Origin: the human T2T-CHM13v2.0 reference genome, Homo sapiens
Reading direction: 5' to 3' (one strand)
DNA length: 64,000 nucleotides
Assembly: GCF_009914755.1 (NCBI RefSeq)
Contig: NC_060947.1
Below are positions 27,775 to 41,759 of the stretch, one piece after another. The translations under genes were made by a program, and so were the position numbers. The notes below the pieces were generated by a model, which was given only the letters and a program-made list of their open reading frames with translations, did not search any database and was not told the DNA's origin. Numbering within the stretch: the first letter of the stretch is position 1; each line of letters starts with the position of its first letter.

Positions 27775-29460
27775 ATTTTTAATGGTTTTATTGAGACATA
27801 ATTCACATACCATAAAATTCACTAATAAAAAGTGGACACTACAATGGGTTTTAGTATATCCACAGTGTGGTATAACCACAGCATTATCCATAATTTGAAA
27901 TTTTTTGTTATCCTAAAGAAAAACCCTGTGCTCATTAAAGAATCAAACTCCATTCTCCCCTCCCCCAGCCCCTAGAAATCACTAATCTTCTTTTTGTCTC
28001 TTTGAAGTTGCCTATTATGGACATTTCATAGAAATACAATTATATAATATATAACGTCTTGTATCTGACTTCTTTCATTTAGCATAATGATTTCAAGTTT
28101 TATCTAGGTTATAGCATGTATCAGTACATTATTCCATTTTATTCATTTGTACAGATACGTCAAGTTTTGTTTGTCCATTTGTGTTCTGATGGACATCTGG
28201 GTTGTTTCCACTTTTAGGCTGTTATGAATAACGCTGCCATGAACATTCATTTATACATTTTTATGTGGCCATATGTTTTCATTTCTCTTGCATATAAACT
28301 TAGCACTGGAATTCCTGGGTCAGTTGATAACTGTTGAGTTGTAAGAATTCTTCACATATTCTGAGAATAAATCTCTTATCAGTTGTATATTTGTTAATAC
28401 TTTATCCCATTCTGGGTGGGTTATTTTCTCACTTTCTTGATGATATCTTTTGGTACATAACTTATAATTTTGATGAAGTCCTACTTATCTTTTTTTTTTA
28501 TTTGTTCCCTGTGCTTTGGTGTCATATCCAAGACTATTGCCTAAGCCAAGGTTATATGACTTACTCCTATATTTTCTTCTAAGAATTGTAGAGTTTTAGC
28601 TGTTGCATCTAGGTAATTGATAGATTTTGAATTAATTTTTGTATATGGTGTAAGGTAGTTGTCCAACTTCATTCGTCTGCATGTGAGTATCCAGTTATCT
28701 CAGAACCATTTGGCACCATTTGTTGAAAACATAATTTTTCTTTCATTGAATGGTCTTGACACGATTATCAAAAATCAATTGATCATAGAAATATAGGCTT
28801 TTAAAAAGAATGAGATCATGTCCTTTGCAGGAACATGGGGATGGAAGTGGAGGCCATTATCCTTAGCAAACTAACGCAGGAAGAGAAAACCAAATACCGC
28901 ATGTTCTCACTTATAAGTGGGAGCTAAATAATGAGAACCAATGGGCACAAGGATGGGAACAACAGACACTGGTGCCTACTTGAGGGTGTAGGATGGGAGG
29001 AGGGAGAGGATCGGTAAAAATAACTATCAGGTACTGTGCTTAGTACCTGGGTGACGAAATGGTCTGTGCATCAAACCCACATGACACGAGTTTGCCTCTA
29101 ATAACAAACATGTGCATGTACTCCTGAACCTAAAATAAAAGTTAAAACAAAGGAAAGAAATATGGGTTTATTTCTAGACTCTTAATTCTATTTTATCGAT
29201 CTACATGTTTACACTTAGACCAGTACCACTGTAGATTTGTGGTAAGTTTTTCAAGATTGTTTTGCTTATTCTGCATCCTTTGAATTTCCATATGAATTTT
29301 AGGATCAACTTACTAATCTCTGCAAAAAAAGCTGGGATTGCATTGAATCTGTAGATCAACCCGGGAAGTACTGCCACCTTAATAGTATTAGGCTTCCAAC
29401 CTATGAATACAAGATGCTTTCCATTTATTTAGCTCTCCTTTAATTTCTTTGAACAAAATG
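27775..29460 (-). mobile_element. Old L1MB-like element
   Basis: TTTATTGAGACATAATTCACATACCATAAAATTCAC 3' end followed by antisense ORF2. Confidence 0.75.
28803..29155 (+). mobile_element. L1PA13-16/L1PB-like 3' end nested in the older L1
   Basis: GAATGAGATCATGTCCTTTGCAGG...CTAAAATAAAAGTT; degenerate TSD AGAAATATAGGCTT (28787) / AGAAATATGGGTTT (29156). Confidence 0.85.
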
Positions 29461-30601
29461 TAACTTAATTTTGTAGGATGAAAATTTTTATGGGATGTTC
29501 TTTGGCTGTCATCCATCTCCTATTACACCATGACACCTCTCAGTGGCATCCATATTGTCTCATGCTTTAGACCTTTTCATGGGTAATTATAGGCTTGGTG
29601 TTCAAACAGATCTGGATTTAAAACCAACTCTGTCGTTTATGGTCTGTGGGACCATTTAAAAATCAATTAATTTTTCTGTGCTTTGTTGCTCTCTTATTTA
29701 AAATAGAGAAAATATCTGCTTCAGGATTACTGTAAGGAATCAATAAGTATTGGAAAGTGTCTTCATGGTTTCTGGCACAGGGTGGTCATTCAATAATTGC
29801 TACTCTCCTTCTTAATCCTTGCTCACATCAAAATAAATCTTAAGATGAGTGCCAATGGATAATGGGGAAACCAATCAATCACTGGTACTGTGCTACCTTC
29901 TTAGGTAGTAGATGTATTAACTTTCTTAAAAAATAATAGACATTTCAATAAATATTTTGGGGAGATTTTAGGACATGTGCCTTTTAAATCACACACTACA
30001 GGCCACTCCCTCATAATAGTATTTAGCATTTACCACATAAATTATTCTGTGAGGAATTATAGATATGTCTAAGGTATAAATAGCTCTGCCTAAAGATACT
30101 GATATTGGAGTTGGTAGGACAAAAAAAAAAAGCAAATAATTGATAGCTGTCATAAAGGCAATAGTTAACAGAATTTTCTCAAAAAGATTGTCCAAAATAA
30201 GTGATATGAGGCTTTAGAGAAAGAAAAGGTCAAATGTAGACTGGACTGGTCCACAAGGCTTTTTGTAAATAAGGTAAATTTAGCCTTGGGGTTGAATAGC
30301 CTTAGATAAGAAGAGAAATGGGAGAAGAGAGAATGGCATGAATAAAGGCAGTATGTCAATGAAGGTTATATGATTGTAAGTTAGGAGATTGACTCCTGGT
30401 TAAAAACTTTTGTGTGATTATATAGGCCTACACATACACAATTACAGGTTTCACCTGGCAGGCCTCGTGGAGAAAAGCTGCCCTTCCCACACCACACATA
30501 GTTCACAGCCAATTAACTAAAGTTTTTGAGGGGAGCTGCAGTGAAGGCATCCCCTGGCCAGTCATGTTCTTCACGTATTTGCATTCATAGCACCAGTGCC
30601 A

Positions 30602-30850
30602 CAACATGGATGGAACTGGAGGACATCATGTTAAGTGAAACAAACCAGGCACAGAAAGTCAGACTTTGCATTTTCTCACTCATTTGTGGGAGCTAAAAAT
30701 TAAAACAATTGAACTAATGGAGAAAAAGAGTAAAATGTTGGTTGCCAAAGGCTGGGAAGGATAGTGGGGTGGGGAGGGGAAGTTAGGATAGTTAATGGGT
30801 ACAAAAATACAGTTAAATAGAATGAATAAGTTCTAGTATTTGATAACCTT
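30602..30850 (+). mobile_element. L1MA 3' fragment
   Basis: CAACATGGATGGAACTGGAGGACATCATGTTAAGTGAAA...AGAATGAATAAG. Confidence 0.8.
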
Positions 30851-32259
30851 CATTCTTAAATGTGTTTACCTGAGACTTGGGCAGAGGTCTTCTTTAGCTG
30901 CCTCTGCCAAGGCTTCATTATAGAGGGAGGAGGGGGAAACCTTAAAGATAACTTTTATTTCACTATGACTCAGTAACCAGTACTTTTCTACTCCAAGCCC
31001 ACCCGACCCAAACCACGCCCAACTACCTCAGAGTCCATAAAACTCTAGGAGTCTTTTGTTTAGACTGAGATGACCCCCATGTCTGTGCTGGTCAACCTGA
31101 TGCTCCACTGGTGCATCTTTTCATGGAGACAAATAAATTAGGGTGAGTTAGCACTTCGTTTTCTTAGGTTTTGACCTCTTATAATTTTGCAGTAAATGAT
31201 TACAAGCTTAACTCTTATTTTTGAATTGTTGTTTTAATCAACTACTCTAACACCTGGCAGCTCAGCAATCTCCCAAAGCTCAGTTTAACTCCTAACAGTA
31301 GGTAAGGGCAACTTGCTCTGTCTAAATATGCAAAAGAGAAAATTTATTGGAAGGGTATGAGATAGAGTAGATAATTGAAGGAAAATCCAAAGAACCAAGC
31401 TTTAGAAAAGATAGGAGGCAAAGAACGCTAAGGCAATAGGATCTAACTAACAATATTCCAGGAATCACTTTCTAAATTAATTAAGTCTAATTCTTGTGTT
31501 TAGTACGTGTGTAGCTCCATTCTGAGGGAAATTCCAGACAAAGGGAGCTTGGCTTAATTAGGACCACATTTCTACTTTGGGCTCCTTATTTGATAATCCA
31601 CAAAGATTGTATCCAATGTGGGTTAGGTATTTCCGCAGAGAAAAATTTGCTACCAGACGAAGATAATTGGATACTGGTAGACAAAAAAGGCAAGTGTATT
31701 ATAGGGAAGCACAAGTTGTGTTTGAAGGACGGTATAGATTTCTGTTTCTCGGGACTGTGGGGTTCATGTAGAGGAGTAGAAGGGGATAGAACATAAATAT
31801 CAGGGACTTACTGTGGGACATCATAAAAGTCAGACTAAGAATTTTGTTATTTATCGTATAGCCACTGGGAGCCTTAAATCAAAAACATTTTGTCATGAGA
31901 ACAACATGATAAAAATAATAATGTAGGAAGATTGCCTTGGTAACATAAGGATGAAACTGAAAGGAAGAGCGAACAAGGCAAGAGGTTACCGTAAGAGTGT
32001 AAGCATGAGATATTAGCTTCCAGAAGGAGGATAAGTGGAAAGAAATTGCCAGACATCGTAAAGGTAGATTTTCATAATTGACTGGTTGAATGAGGGGTAG
32101 GGAAGTCAAAGATGAAGACTGACCAACAGACAGATTGGGTAGTGAAGAGGAATACCTTAAGAGAGAAAAGGGCTTCAGTTTCTCCATCTGTACAATAAAG
32201 AGGTAAGACTAGATTTCTAAGGTGACTTCTAGGTTTCAATTTTTATGATTGTATGAGTT

Positions 32260-33530
32260 TTAAACAACTTTATTGAGGAATAATTGAGATGCAAAAATGG
32301 CACATACTTAATTGATACAACTTAACGAATTTTGACATATGCATACACCCTGAAACCACCACAATCATGATAATAAACATATCCATCACCTCCAAAAATT
32401 TTCTCATGCTCCTGATGCTCCTCTGTTTTTATTTTATTTTTTGCAGGAAGAACACTTACTAAAACCCTCAATTGAGCTAAAACCCTCAATAACTTTTTAA
32501 AATGTACAATACAGTATTGTTAACTACACGCACTATGTTGTACAGAAGATCTATAGAACTTCTTCATATTACATAACTGAAACTTTATACCCATTGAACA
32601 ACAACTCCCCATTTCCCTCTCTTCCCAGCCCCTGGCAACTACTATTATCTGTTTCTATCAGTTTGACTATTTTAGATACTGCATATATGTGGAATCACAT
32701 AGGATTTGTCCTTTTGTTACTGGCTTATTTCAGTTAGCATAATGCCCTCAAGGTTAATCCATGTTGTCACATATGGCAAGATTTTCTTCTTTTTAAAGAT
32801 TAGATCATACTCCATTGTAAATATACACTACTGTTTTATATACATTCATCTGTCGATTGACATTTAAGTTGTTTTCATATCTTGGCTTTTGTGAGTGATG
32901 CTATGTGAATATGAGAGTGCAGATACTTCTTCGCAATTCTAATTTCATTTTTTTGGATATATGCCTAGAAGTTGAGTTTCTGGATCATAAATTACATTTG
33001 AATTTTTTTTGAGAAAACTCCATACTATTTTCCATAGTGGTTGCATCATTTTACATCCCTACCAACAATGTACATGGGTTTCAATTTCTTCACATCCTTG
33101 TGAACACTTCTTTTTGTTGTTTTCATAGTAGCCATCTTAATTTGTATAGGATGATCTCATTGTGATTTTTATTTGGACTTCACTGATAATGAGTAATGTT
33201 CGGCACCTTTTGATATACCTGTTGGCCATTTGTGTCTTCTTTGAAGAAATGTCTATTCAAGTCCTTTGCCCATTTTTTTTTTAAATTGGGTTATTTGTTT
33301 GGTTTTTGTTTTTGCTATTAAATTGTATGTTATACCTTATAGTTGTACCTTATATATTTTAGATATTGATCCCTTATAAGATATTGGTTTGCAAATATCT
33401 CCTTCTAAAGGTTGCTTTTTCATTCTGTTGACTATTTGCTGTGCTGAAGGTATTTATTTTGATACAGTCCCATATACCTATTTTTTCTTTGTTTTCCTGT
33501 GCCTGTGCTTTTGATGTCATATCCAAGAAA
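32260..33530 (-). mobile_element. L1MA-like 3' region
   Basis: AACTTTATTGAGGAATAATTGA...CTGAAACTTTATACCC...TCATATCCAAGAAAT. Confidence 0.8.
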
Positions 33531-33576
33531 TCTGGTTTAATGCTGCTGGCATAGCTCTGTGAAATTTAGAGAAGGC

Positions 33577-33869
<293 letters not shown>

Positions 33870-34362
33870 GAAGTTTAGAGAAGGCACATAATGCTAAAAC
33901 TTCTCCCCCAGGAGAGAGAGAGAGAAGAGTAAAGCATGTATTCACCATTTTGGCCTTTCAGTGCACTGTTATAAGGAAAAGGAATGGATGGCTTACTGCA
34001 GCAAGCATAGCTCTGTGAGATTGGGAAAAGGTGCACAATACTGAGACTTCTCCCCCATGATGGAGGGAGAAGACTGGAAAGTGCACATTCGTTAAAAAGG
34101 TTTTAAAGGCTTCCAAAATATGTAGTCAGGCTGATCAGTGAAGGTCTTTCCCTGTCAAAGCCAGTCTGTAAAATTGGGAGAGGCCCCTGTTTTTTCATAT
34201 GCATGAACACCAACACTAAACTGCAAGAAACACAAAGAATCAAGAAAATATAACACAACCAAAGCAAAAAGTAAATCTATAAAATGTGACCATAAAGAAA
34301 TAGACATCTGTGAATTTCTTGATAAAGAATTCACAATAGTAGTCTTAAAGAAGATCAGTGAA

Positions 34363-34738
34363 TGATATGGTTTGGCTCTGTGTCCCCATCCAAATCTCAT
34401 CTTGAATTATACTCCCATAATTCCTACATGTTGTGGAAAGGACCCAGTGGGAGATAATTGAATCATGGGATCATTTCCCACATACTGTTCTTGTGGTAGT
34501 GAGTAAGTCTCACAAGATCTGTTGGTTTGATAAGGGGAAACTTGTTTCGCTTGGCTTTTATTTTCTCTCTTTGACTGCTGATATCCATGTAATATGTGAC
34601 TTGCTCCTCTTTGCCTTCTGCCATGATTATGAGGCTTCCCTAGCCATGTGGAACTGTAAGTCCAATTAAACCTCTTTCTTTCATAAATTGTCCAGTATTG
34701 GGTTGTCTTTATCAGCAGTGTGAAAATGGACTAATACA
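34363..34738 (+). mobile_element. THE1 5' LTR
   Basis: TGATATGGTTTGGCTCTGTGTCCCC...GGACTAATACA, 376 bp. Confidence 0.93.
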
Positions 34739-36327
34739 GTAAATTGGTACAGTAGAGTGGGGTGTTGCTGGAAAAATACCTGAAAATGGGAAGCGACTTT
34801 GGAACTGGTTAACATGCAGAGAGTGGAACAGTTTGGAGGGTTCAAAGAAGACAAGAAAAATGTGGAAAGTGTACAACCTCCTAGAGATTTGTTGAATGGC
34901 TTTGCCCAAAATGCTGATAGTGATATGGACAATGAAACTCAGGTTTAGGTGGTCTCAGATAGAGATGAGGAAGTTATTGGGAACTGGAGCAAATGTGACT
35001 GTTGTTATGTTTTAGCAAAAAGACTGGTGGCATTTTCCCCTGCCCTAGAGATTTGTGGAACATTGAACTTGAGAGAGATGATTTAGGGTATCTGGCAAAA
35101 GAAGTTTTTAGCAGCAAAGCATTCAAGAGGTGACTTGGATGCTGTTAAAGACATTTCATTTTATATGTGAAGCAGAGCATAAAAGTTTGGAAAATTTGCA
35201 GCCTGACAATGTGATAGAAAAGAAAAACCCATTTTCTGAGGAGAAATTCAAGCTAGCTGCAGAAATTTGCATAAGTAATGAGAAGCCAAATGTTAATCCC
35301 CAAGACAATGGGGAAAATGTCTCCAGAGCATATCAGAGGTCCTCATAGCAGCCCCTCCCATCACATGCCCAGAGGCGTAGGAGAGAAAAAACGGTTTCTC
35401 GAGTCAGGCCCAGGGTCCCCGTGGTGTGTGCAGTCTAGGGATTTGTCCTGCATCCAAGCCACTCCAGCCATGACTAAAAGGGGCCAAGATAAACTTGGGC
35501 TGTTGCTTCAGAGGGTGGAAACCCCAAGCCTTGGCACATTCCACATGGTGTTTAGCCTGCAGGTGCACAGAAGTCAAGAATTGAGGTTTAGGAACCTCTG
35601 CCTAGATTTCAGATGTATGGGAATGCCTGAATGTCCAGGCAAAATTTTGCTGCAGGGGTTGGGCCCTCATAGAGAACCTCTGCTAGGGCAGTGAAGAAGG
35701 GGAATGTGGGATTGAAGCCCCCACACAGAATCCCTACTGTGGCACTGCCTAGTGGAGCTGTGAGAAGAAGGCCATTGTCTTCCAGAGCCCAGAATGGTAG
35801 ATCCACCAACAGCTTGTATTGTGCACCTGGAAAAGCTGCAGCCACTCAACATCAGCCCATGAAAGCAGCCAGGAAGGGTGCTGTATCCTGCAAGGCCAGA
35901 GGGGCAAAGCTGCCCAAGACCATGGGAAGCCACCTCTTGCATCAGCGTGACCTGGATGTGAGACATGGAGTCAAAGGAGATCATTTTGGAGCTTTAAGAT
36001 TTGACTGCCCTGCTGGATTTCAGACTTACATGGGGCCTGTAGCCCTTTGTTTTGGCCAGTGTCTCCTATTTGGAATGGCTGTATTTATCCTTTGCCTGTA
36101 TCCCCATTATATCTAGAAAGTAACTAACTTGCTTTTGATTTTACAGGCTTATAGGTGGAATGGACTTGCCTTGTCTCAGGTGAAACTTTGGACTGTGAAC
36201 TTTTAATTCTGAAATGAGTTAAGACTTTGGGAGACTGTCAGGAAGGCATGATTGGTTTTCAAATGTGATGATATGAGATTTGGGAGGGGCCAGGGGCAGA
36301 ATGATATAGTTTGACCTGTGTCCCCCA
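34739..36327 (+). mobile_element. THE1 internal region plus first ~26 bp of 3' LTR
   Basis: GTAAATTGGTAC start; polypurine tract TTTGGGAGGGGCCAGGGGCAGAA; TGATATAGTTTGACCTGTGTCCCCCA at 36302-36327, then L1 resumes. Confidence 0.9.
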
Positions 36328-37645
36328 CAGAGGTCAGAGGAACAAAAAGAAAAACAGAATGAAAAAGAGTGAGGAATGCCTAAGGGACTAGGGGACACCT
36401 TCAAGTGAACCAATATGGAAGTTCCAGAAGGAGAAGAGAAAGAAAGGGGAAGAAAGCTTATTTTAAAAACCAATGACTGAAAACTTTCCAAATCTTGGAG
36501 GAGGGAAGGATGGGAATGGAGATCCAGATTAATGAAGCCCTAAGAATCCCAAAGAGAATGAATCCAAAGTAGTCTACCTCAAAACACATTATAATCACAT
36601 TGTCAAAGAGAATCTTGAAAAGAAGCAAGAGAAAAGTGACTCATCACGTAAATGGAGCCTCCATAAGACTGTTGGCAGATTTCTTAGCACAGCCTTTGCT
36701 GGCCAGAAGGAAGTGGAATGATATATTCAAAGTGCTGAAAGAACAATTTGCCAACCATAACATTATACACAGTAAAACTGTGCTTCAAAAATGAGGAAGA
36801 GATAGAGCTTAGGGAATTCGTCACCACTAGGCCTTCCTTACAAGAAATGCTAAAGGGACCTACCTCTTCAAGTTGAAATGAAAGGATGCTGAACAGCAAC
36901 ATGAAAGCATATGAAGTATAAAACTCACTGATAAAGGTAAATAAATAGACAAACATAGACTGTAATACTGTATTGATGGTGTGTAAATCACTGTATTTTA
37001 GTATAAAAGTATTTAAAAAGTATTAATAATAACTTTATAAAAAATTTGTTAATTGATATGCTGGACAAATGATGAAAACTGTGAAATCAATAATATAAAG
37101 TGTGTGTTGGAGAGGTGTAAAATTGTGGAGTTTTTGTACGTGGTTGAAGTTAAGTTGTTATCAGCTTAAAATAGACTGTTACAGGATGTTTTATGTAAGC
37201 CTCACAGTAATCACAAAGAAAATACCTTAGCAGATACACAAAAGGAAAAGAGAAAGGAAGAGAAAGGAATCAAAATATACCATGACAAAAAATCAGTGAA
37301 ACACTCACCAAAAAAGACAGAAGAGAGGAAAAGAGCAATAAAATAACTAAAAAATGAGCAGAAGGAAATTAATAAAATGGCAATAGTAAGTCATTTTCTA
37401 TCAATAATTATTTTAAACATATATGGATTAACTCCCTCAATCAAAATACATAGAGTGGCTGAATAGTTCAAAAAATAAGATCCAACTGTGTGCTGTCTAC
37501 AAGAAACTCACTTTAGACTTATGAGTTTTGTTTGATTTGATCTAGAAGTATGCTAGGCCTGTGGCATGCATTGTTTAAACATATATGCCCATTCTTTGGG
37601 TCTAGTGCTGGAACTGTTATTAACCCACTCATTTTGCTTTGTGCC

Positions 37646-38010
37646 ACTATTAGGCCATTCTCACTCTGCTAATAAAGACATACCCAAGACTGGGTAATTT
37701 ACAAAGGAAAGAGATTTAATTGACTCACTGTTCCACATGGCTCAGGAGGCCTCACAATCATTGTGGAAGGTGAATGAGGAGAAAAGGCACGTCTTACATG
37801 GTGACATATACCCTGAGCATATGCAGGGTAACTCCCCTTCATAAAACTATCAGATTTTGTGAGACTTATTCACTATCATGTGAACAGAATGGGAAAAACA
37901 TGCCCCCATGATTCAATTACCTCCCACCAGGTATCTCCCATGACATGTGAGAATTATGGGAGCTATGATTCAAGATGAGATTTGGGTGGGGACATAGCCA
38001 AACCATATCA
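37646..38010 (-). mobile_element. THE1 solo LTR
   Basis: Ends CCAAACCATATCA; 5-bp TSD GTGCC at 37641-37645 and 38011-38015. Confidence 0.92.
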
Positions 38011-38922
38011 GTGCCCCTAGATCTTTTTTGGTCAAGAAAAGGTTAATGCTTTTCCTTACCATCCTACAGGAATAAATACACATTTCTTTATATTTAAATA
38101 ACCCTTTACACTTAGAGTACTCTTCTGAATCTACTCTGCATTTCACCCTGTGAGGTAGGCAGTGCAATAATATATTTATTTCATTGAGGAAACTGGGGCA
38201 TAACAAGATGAAGTGAATTTCCCAAGGACGCATAGATAAAAGATGAAGCTAAAACTAGGATTCAGTTGTTCTGATTCCTAGTCTAGGACTGTTATATTAT
38301 ACTAAACTATATAAAGCAGTTATAGCCTCTGAATGAATTTAGATTTCATATGAATAACTTAGGTGAAAACGTGCTATGGTAGATGACTATATTAGAAGCA
38401 TTTGAGTCCTCAAAAATCATATATGCTACATTTATTTCCAAAATCTAGAATATAAACTAAACAGAAAAAGTAGATATGTGTGCGTTGCAGAATGGTGTCT
38501 TTGGGCCAGTTTCAATAACTTCCCTTTTATTTTACTTCTCCCTAACGCAACCACATGGTTCAAAATTGGGTTTTAAAAATAAGCTTATTTGTTGAAATGA
38601 TTAACAAAAATTGAAAATATAGAAATGGGACCAGTAACACAGTATTTCCACCTCTATTTCCTTTCCCTTGGCTGTAGTATGAAATACATTTATTGGTTGG
38701 GCATGGATGTTGCTTATGATAGACAACATTAATGCCTCCCCCAAGATCACTGAATTCTGCTGCATGAGTACCCTGATACCACCCCAAAACTATTTTTTCC
38801 CATCCCAGGAAGAGTTAAAGATAGTAGGGTTGGATCTCAGGGCATCATCCTGAAAAGCATGGATGTTTGGAATGTCTTTTATAATTCCCACCCATAAGAG
38901 TAGAACCAGCTTCCCACTGGTC

Positions 38923-38978
38923 CTTCTCCAAGCCTGGAACACTAAAAGTTCTTCTCCAAGCCTGGAACACTTAAAAGT
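38923..38978 (+). repeat. 28-bp direct tandem duplication
   Basis: CTTCTCCAAGCCTGGAACACT(T)AAAAGT x2. Confidence 0.9.
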
Positions 38979-41109
38979 GGGGAAAGAAACTTATTACTCA
39001 TTAATTTATTGCTTTTTAAAATGAAGAGAAAGGAGAGAGAGATCTAAAAATATTGGCTCAGGTACCTTATCTTCTTCAAGGGGAAAAATTTTAAAACTCA
39101 AAATATTCCTCTGACTTGGTCATGCTAACCAGAACAAAATTAATTTTGATTCTTCATGTATTTTGAAAGGAAATGTTTAAAAGAACAAGCTAGTTAATGT
39201 CTGAACATTACTATGGTCTTGGACTTTATTTGTTACAAAAAGGAAAAATCACATACAGAGTCTAAAGTCTGCTTCACCATCCTTTAACCCAACCTCTAAG
39301 ATCAAACAATCACAAATAAAAATTTCAGAAATATACTCTACTGTCCATCAGTCCATCTATCACATTGAGGCAGAGGAGTAGCAATCATCATTTTGAGCCA
39401 CTGCTTTTATCTCGAAACCTCACAATTCCAGCTAAGAAAAAGGCCACCACAACAAACTAATTTTCTTGGAATACTGATTTTACATGTGTTTACCATTCAA
39501 TTTTATATTGTTTTTCTTTATGTGGTAGAAGTAAAGTCAGTAAATATAATTTTTAAAAAATTTTAATTAGCTTCTTCCATAAATACTTTTCTCAAACTTC
39601 TGGTACTTGCTACAACATGTCTTCTAGTGAGTACTCATAGATAACACAAAAGAATTAGCAAATGGAAAACAGGTTCTATCAGAAAAAAGCTAGTGAAAAT
39701 CTTATTCACTACCTATCAAATGAGTGTGGCTTTACTGTATTTGGAAAACTTTTTCAAGTTCATTGTTCAGGCAAGGTTTTCCTCAATATATGCATTTATA
39801 ATCATTTTCTGCTTGGAACTCTTCAGGCCCTTTTCACCAAAGTCAGTGTATATCTTCTGCTGTGTATCTACCCTGAAAGTAAACAGTAGATATGTTGTTT
39901 TAAATATTAGCAGTTCAAATCTGAAAAACCAATATGACGAGTAGAAAGGTAAAAATAGGATTAGCATTTGTTTTTATAATATATATATACTCGGAATTTG
40001 AATTCCAATTAAGCCCACAAAAAGTGCCAGGTACCTTGCTAGTTGATGGGATTGAAAACCTAGATAGGAAAGTATCTGTATACTCAAGACCCTCAGCATC
40101 TCATAGGGAGATACAGAAAAAGAAGCAAATAATTCTAATGCAATGTGGTGTGATACCGGCTGTCATATATATATGTTTAAAGTACTATATGTAATTTGAG
40201 GAGCTGCAAATTTCCTCAAGTGGTGTTAAGGAGAGATTTTCCTGAGGTGGAGATATTTGCTTTGAGTCTTAAAATATGATTAGGAACTCCTCAGACAAAG
40301 AAAGATGGGTAAGGGCAATGTGAAAGGAATAAAAACTGATATGAAGTTAAGATGACTGGTATATCCGAATATATGGGGCAAAGTAAAAAATCCAGAAAAG
40401 CCCATTGGATTTTTTTTTTATTGATTTACAGCTTAATCATATGAGCACAATGAATATTTAGAGACTATATGATATAAAAAGAACAATCAGAATAAGCGAT
40501 TATGTCTTCCTGAATCTCATTTAAAACTTAATTAGATCTGGCGGGAAGCTGGCAGAATCCTATCTGGTTGGAAGGAGATAGATCTATCACTGTAAAAAAA
40601 TATCAAAAAGTCAGCTTATTTCTCCACAAGCCCAGAACTTATCTGTAAACTCAACTTTGCAATGTTGGAAGAGTAGATTCTTACCTTAAAAGAGACACTT
40701 AAGTTTATAAGTGTTTTCCAAATACATTTTCATTTTATCCTTACAGCTATTCTTTGAGGTATTGACAAATAGGACCTTTATTATTATCCCTTTCATCCAT
40801 ATATGAACTAAGGTCAGAGAAGTCAAGTAACTTTTCAGAGTCACAAAGCATGTCAGTTTGTATAGCCAAGACCAAAATCCATATTTTCTGATACTAAATA
40901 TTTCATTCCCTACTACACCACACACTATATTTACCAAAATTTACAACACACTTTTAAAACAAATTATGCCATGAAATTATAATTATACTTAAATTGTTCT
41001 ATGATAATCTTAAATTGAATTTAATTAATTCATTTCTTCAAAATAAATCTACTTATATCTACCTTGAGACATGTAGGCATGAGGCAACTTTTTTCCAAAA
41101 ATCCTTACA

Positions 41110-41588
41110 GTAGAAAATCCTACATTCTTCACCTTGCTCATTGCCCTGTGACATTGACTTGTGTAAACATACACCAACAGGCCTCTTACCTTTAGCTTCC
41201 TGTTGGCTTTGGCCAGTGGGAGGAGGCACCTTCAGGTGAGAGAAAAGGCAGAAGATGAGGTTGGAATATGTATTATATTCCTTTGACTCCTTCCCTGCTG
41301 TTCTACAGTAGGATGGCTATGTCCTGCTACTGAAGGCCACAGCTCCAATCATGTGGCCCTTCACACATAACTATCCTGTCTGGGTTCTGATAATCATTTC
41401 CTCCTTTGTTCCTTCAAGCCCAGCGGTGCTAACAGTACGCTACTGTTGTTAGTCCTGGGGTACTTCACCATTACTTACTGCTATTCCTAAATCCTAGCCA
41501 CACTTTTGTAAATAGTCCATGTGTTAAATTCTTCTCAAATTATTCATCATAAGTGTGTCATGTTTCCTGCTTGGACTTGACTGATAAA
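41110..41588 (+). mobile_element. LTR33-like ERVL LTR
   Basis: CTTCCTGTTGGCTTTGGCCAGTGGGAGG...TTTCCTGCTTGGACTTGACTGATA resembles LTR33; boundaries approximate. Confidence 0.55.
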
Positions 41589-41687
41589 GCCCCTAATCTT
41601 CCTTTTTGCTTCCTTGCACCCATTTCTGATAGTCTCCCCATGCAAACTCCTTGTTTCATTCTTTTACAAGGCTAAATAGTATGCCTC

Positions 41688-41712
41688 TGTGTGTGTGTGT
41701 GTGTGTGTGCAC

Positions 41713-41758
<46 letters not shown>
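41688..41758 (+). repeat. Interrupted (TG)n microsatellite
   Basis: About 71 bp of unbroken purine-pyrimidine alternation (TG...TGCACGCG...TG). Confidence 0.95.

Positions 41759-41759
<1 letters not shown>

Noticed and set aside
35130-36116. 138-141 aa ORFs
   Set aside because: THE1 internal sequence, GC-richer and stop-poor; not a host gene
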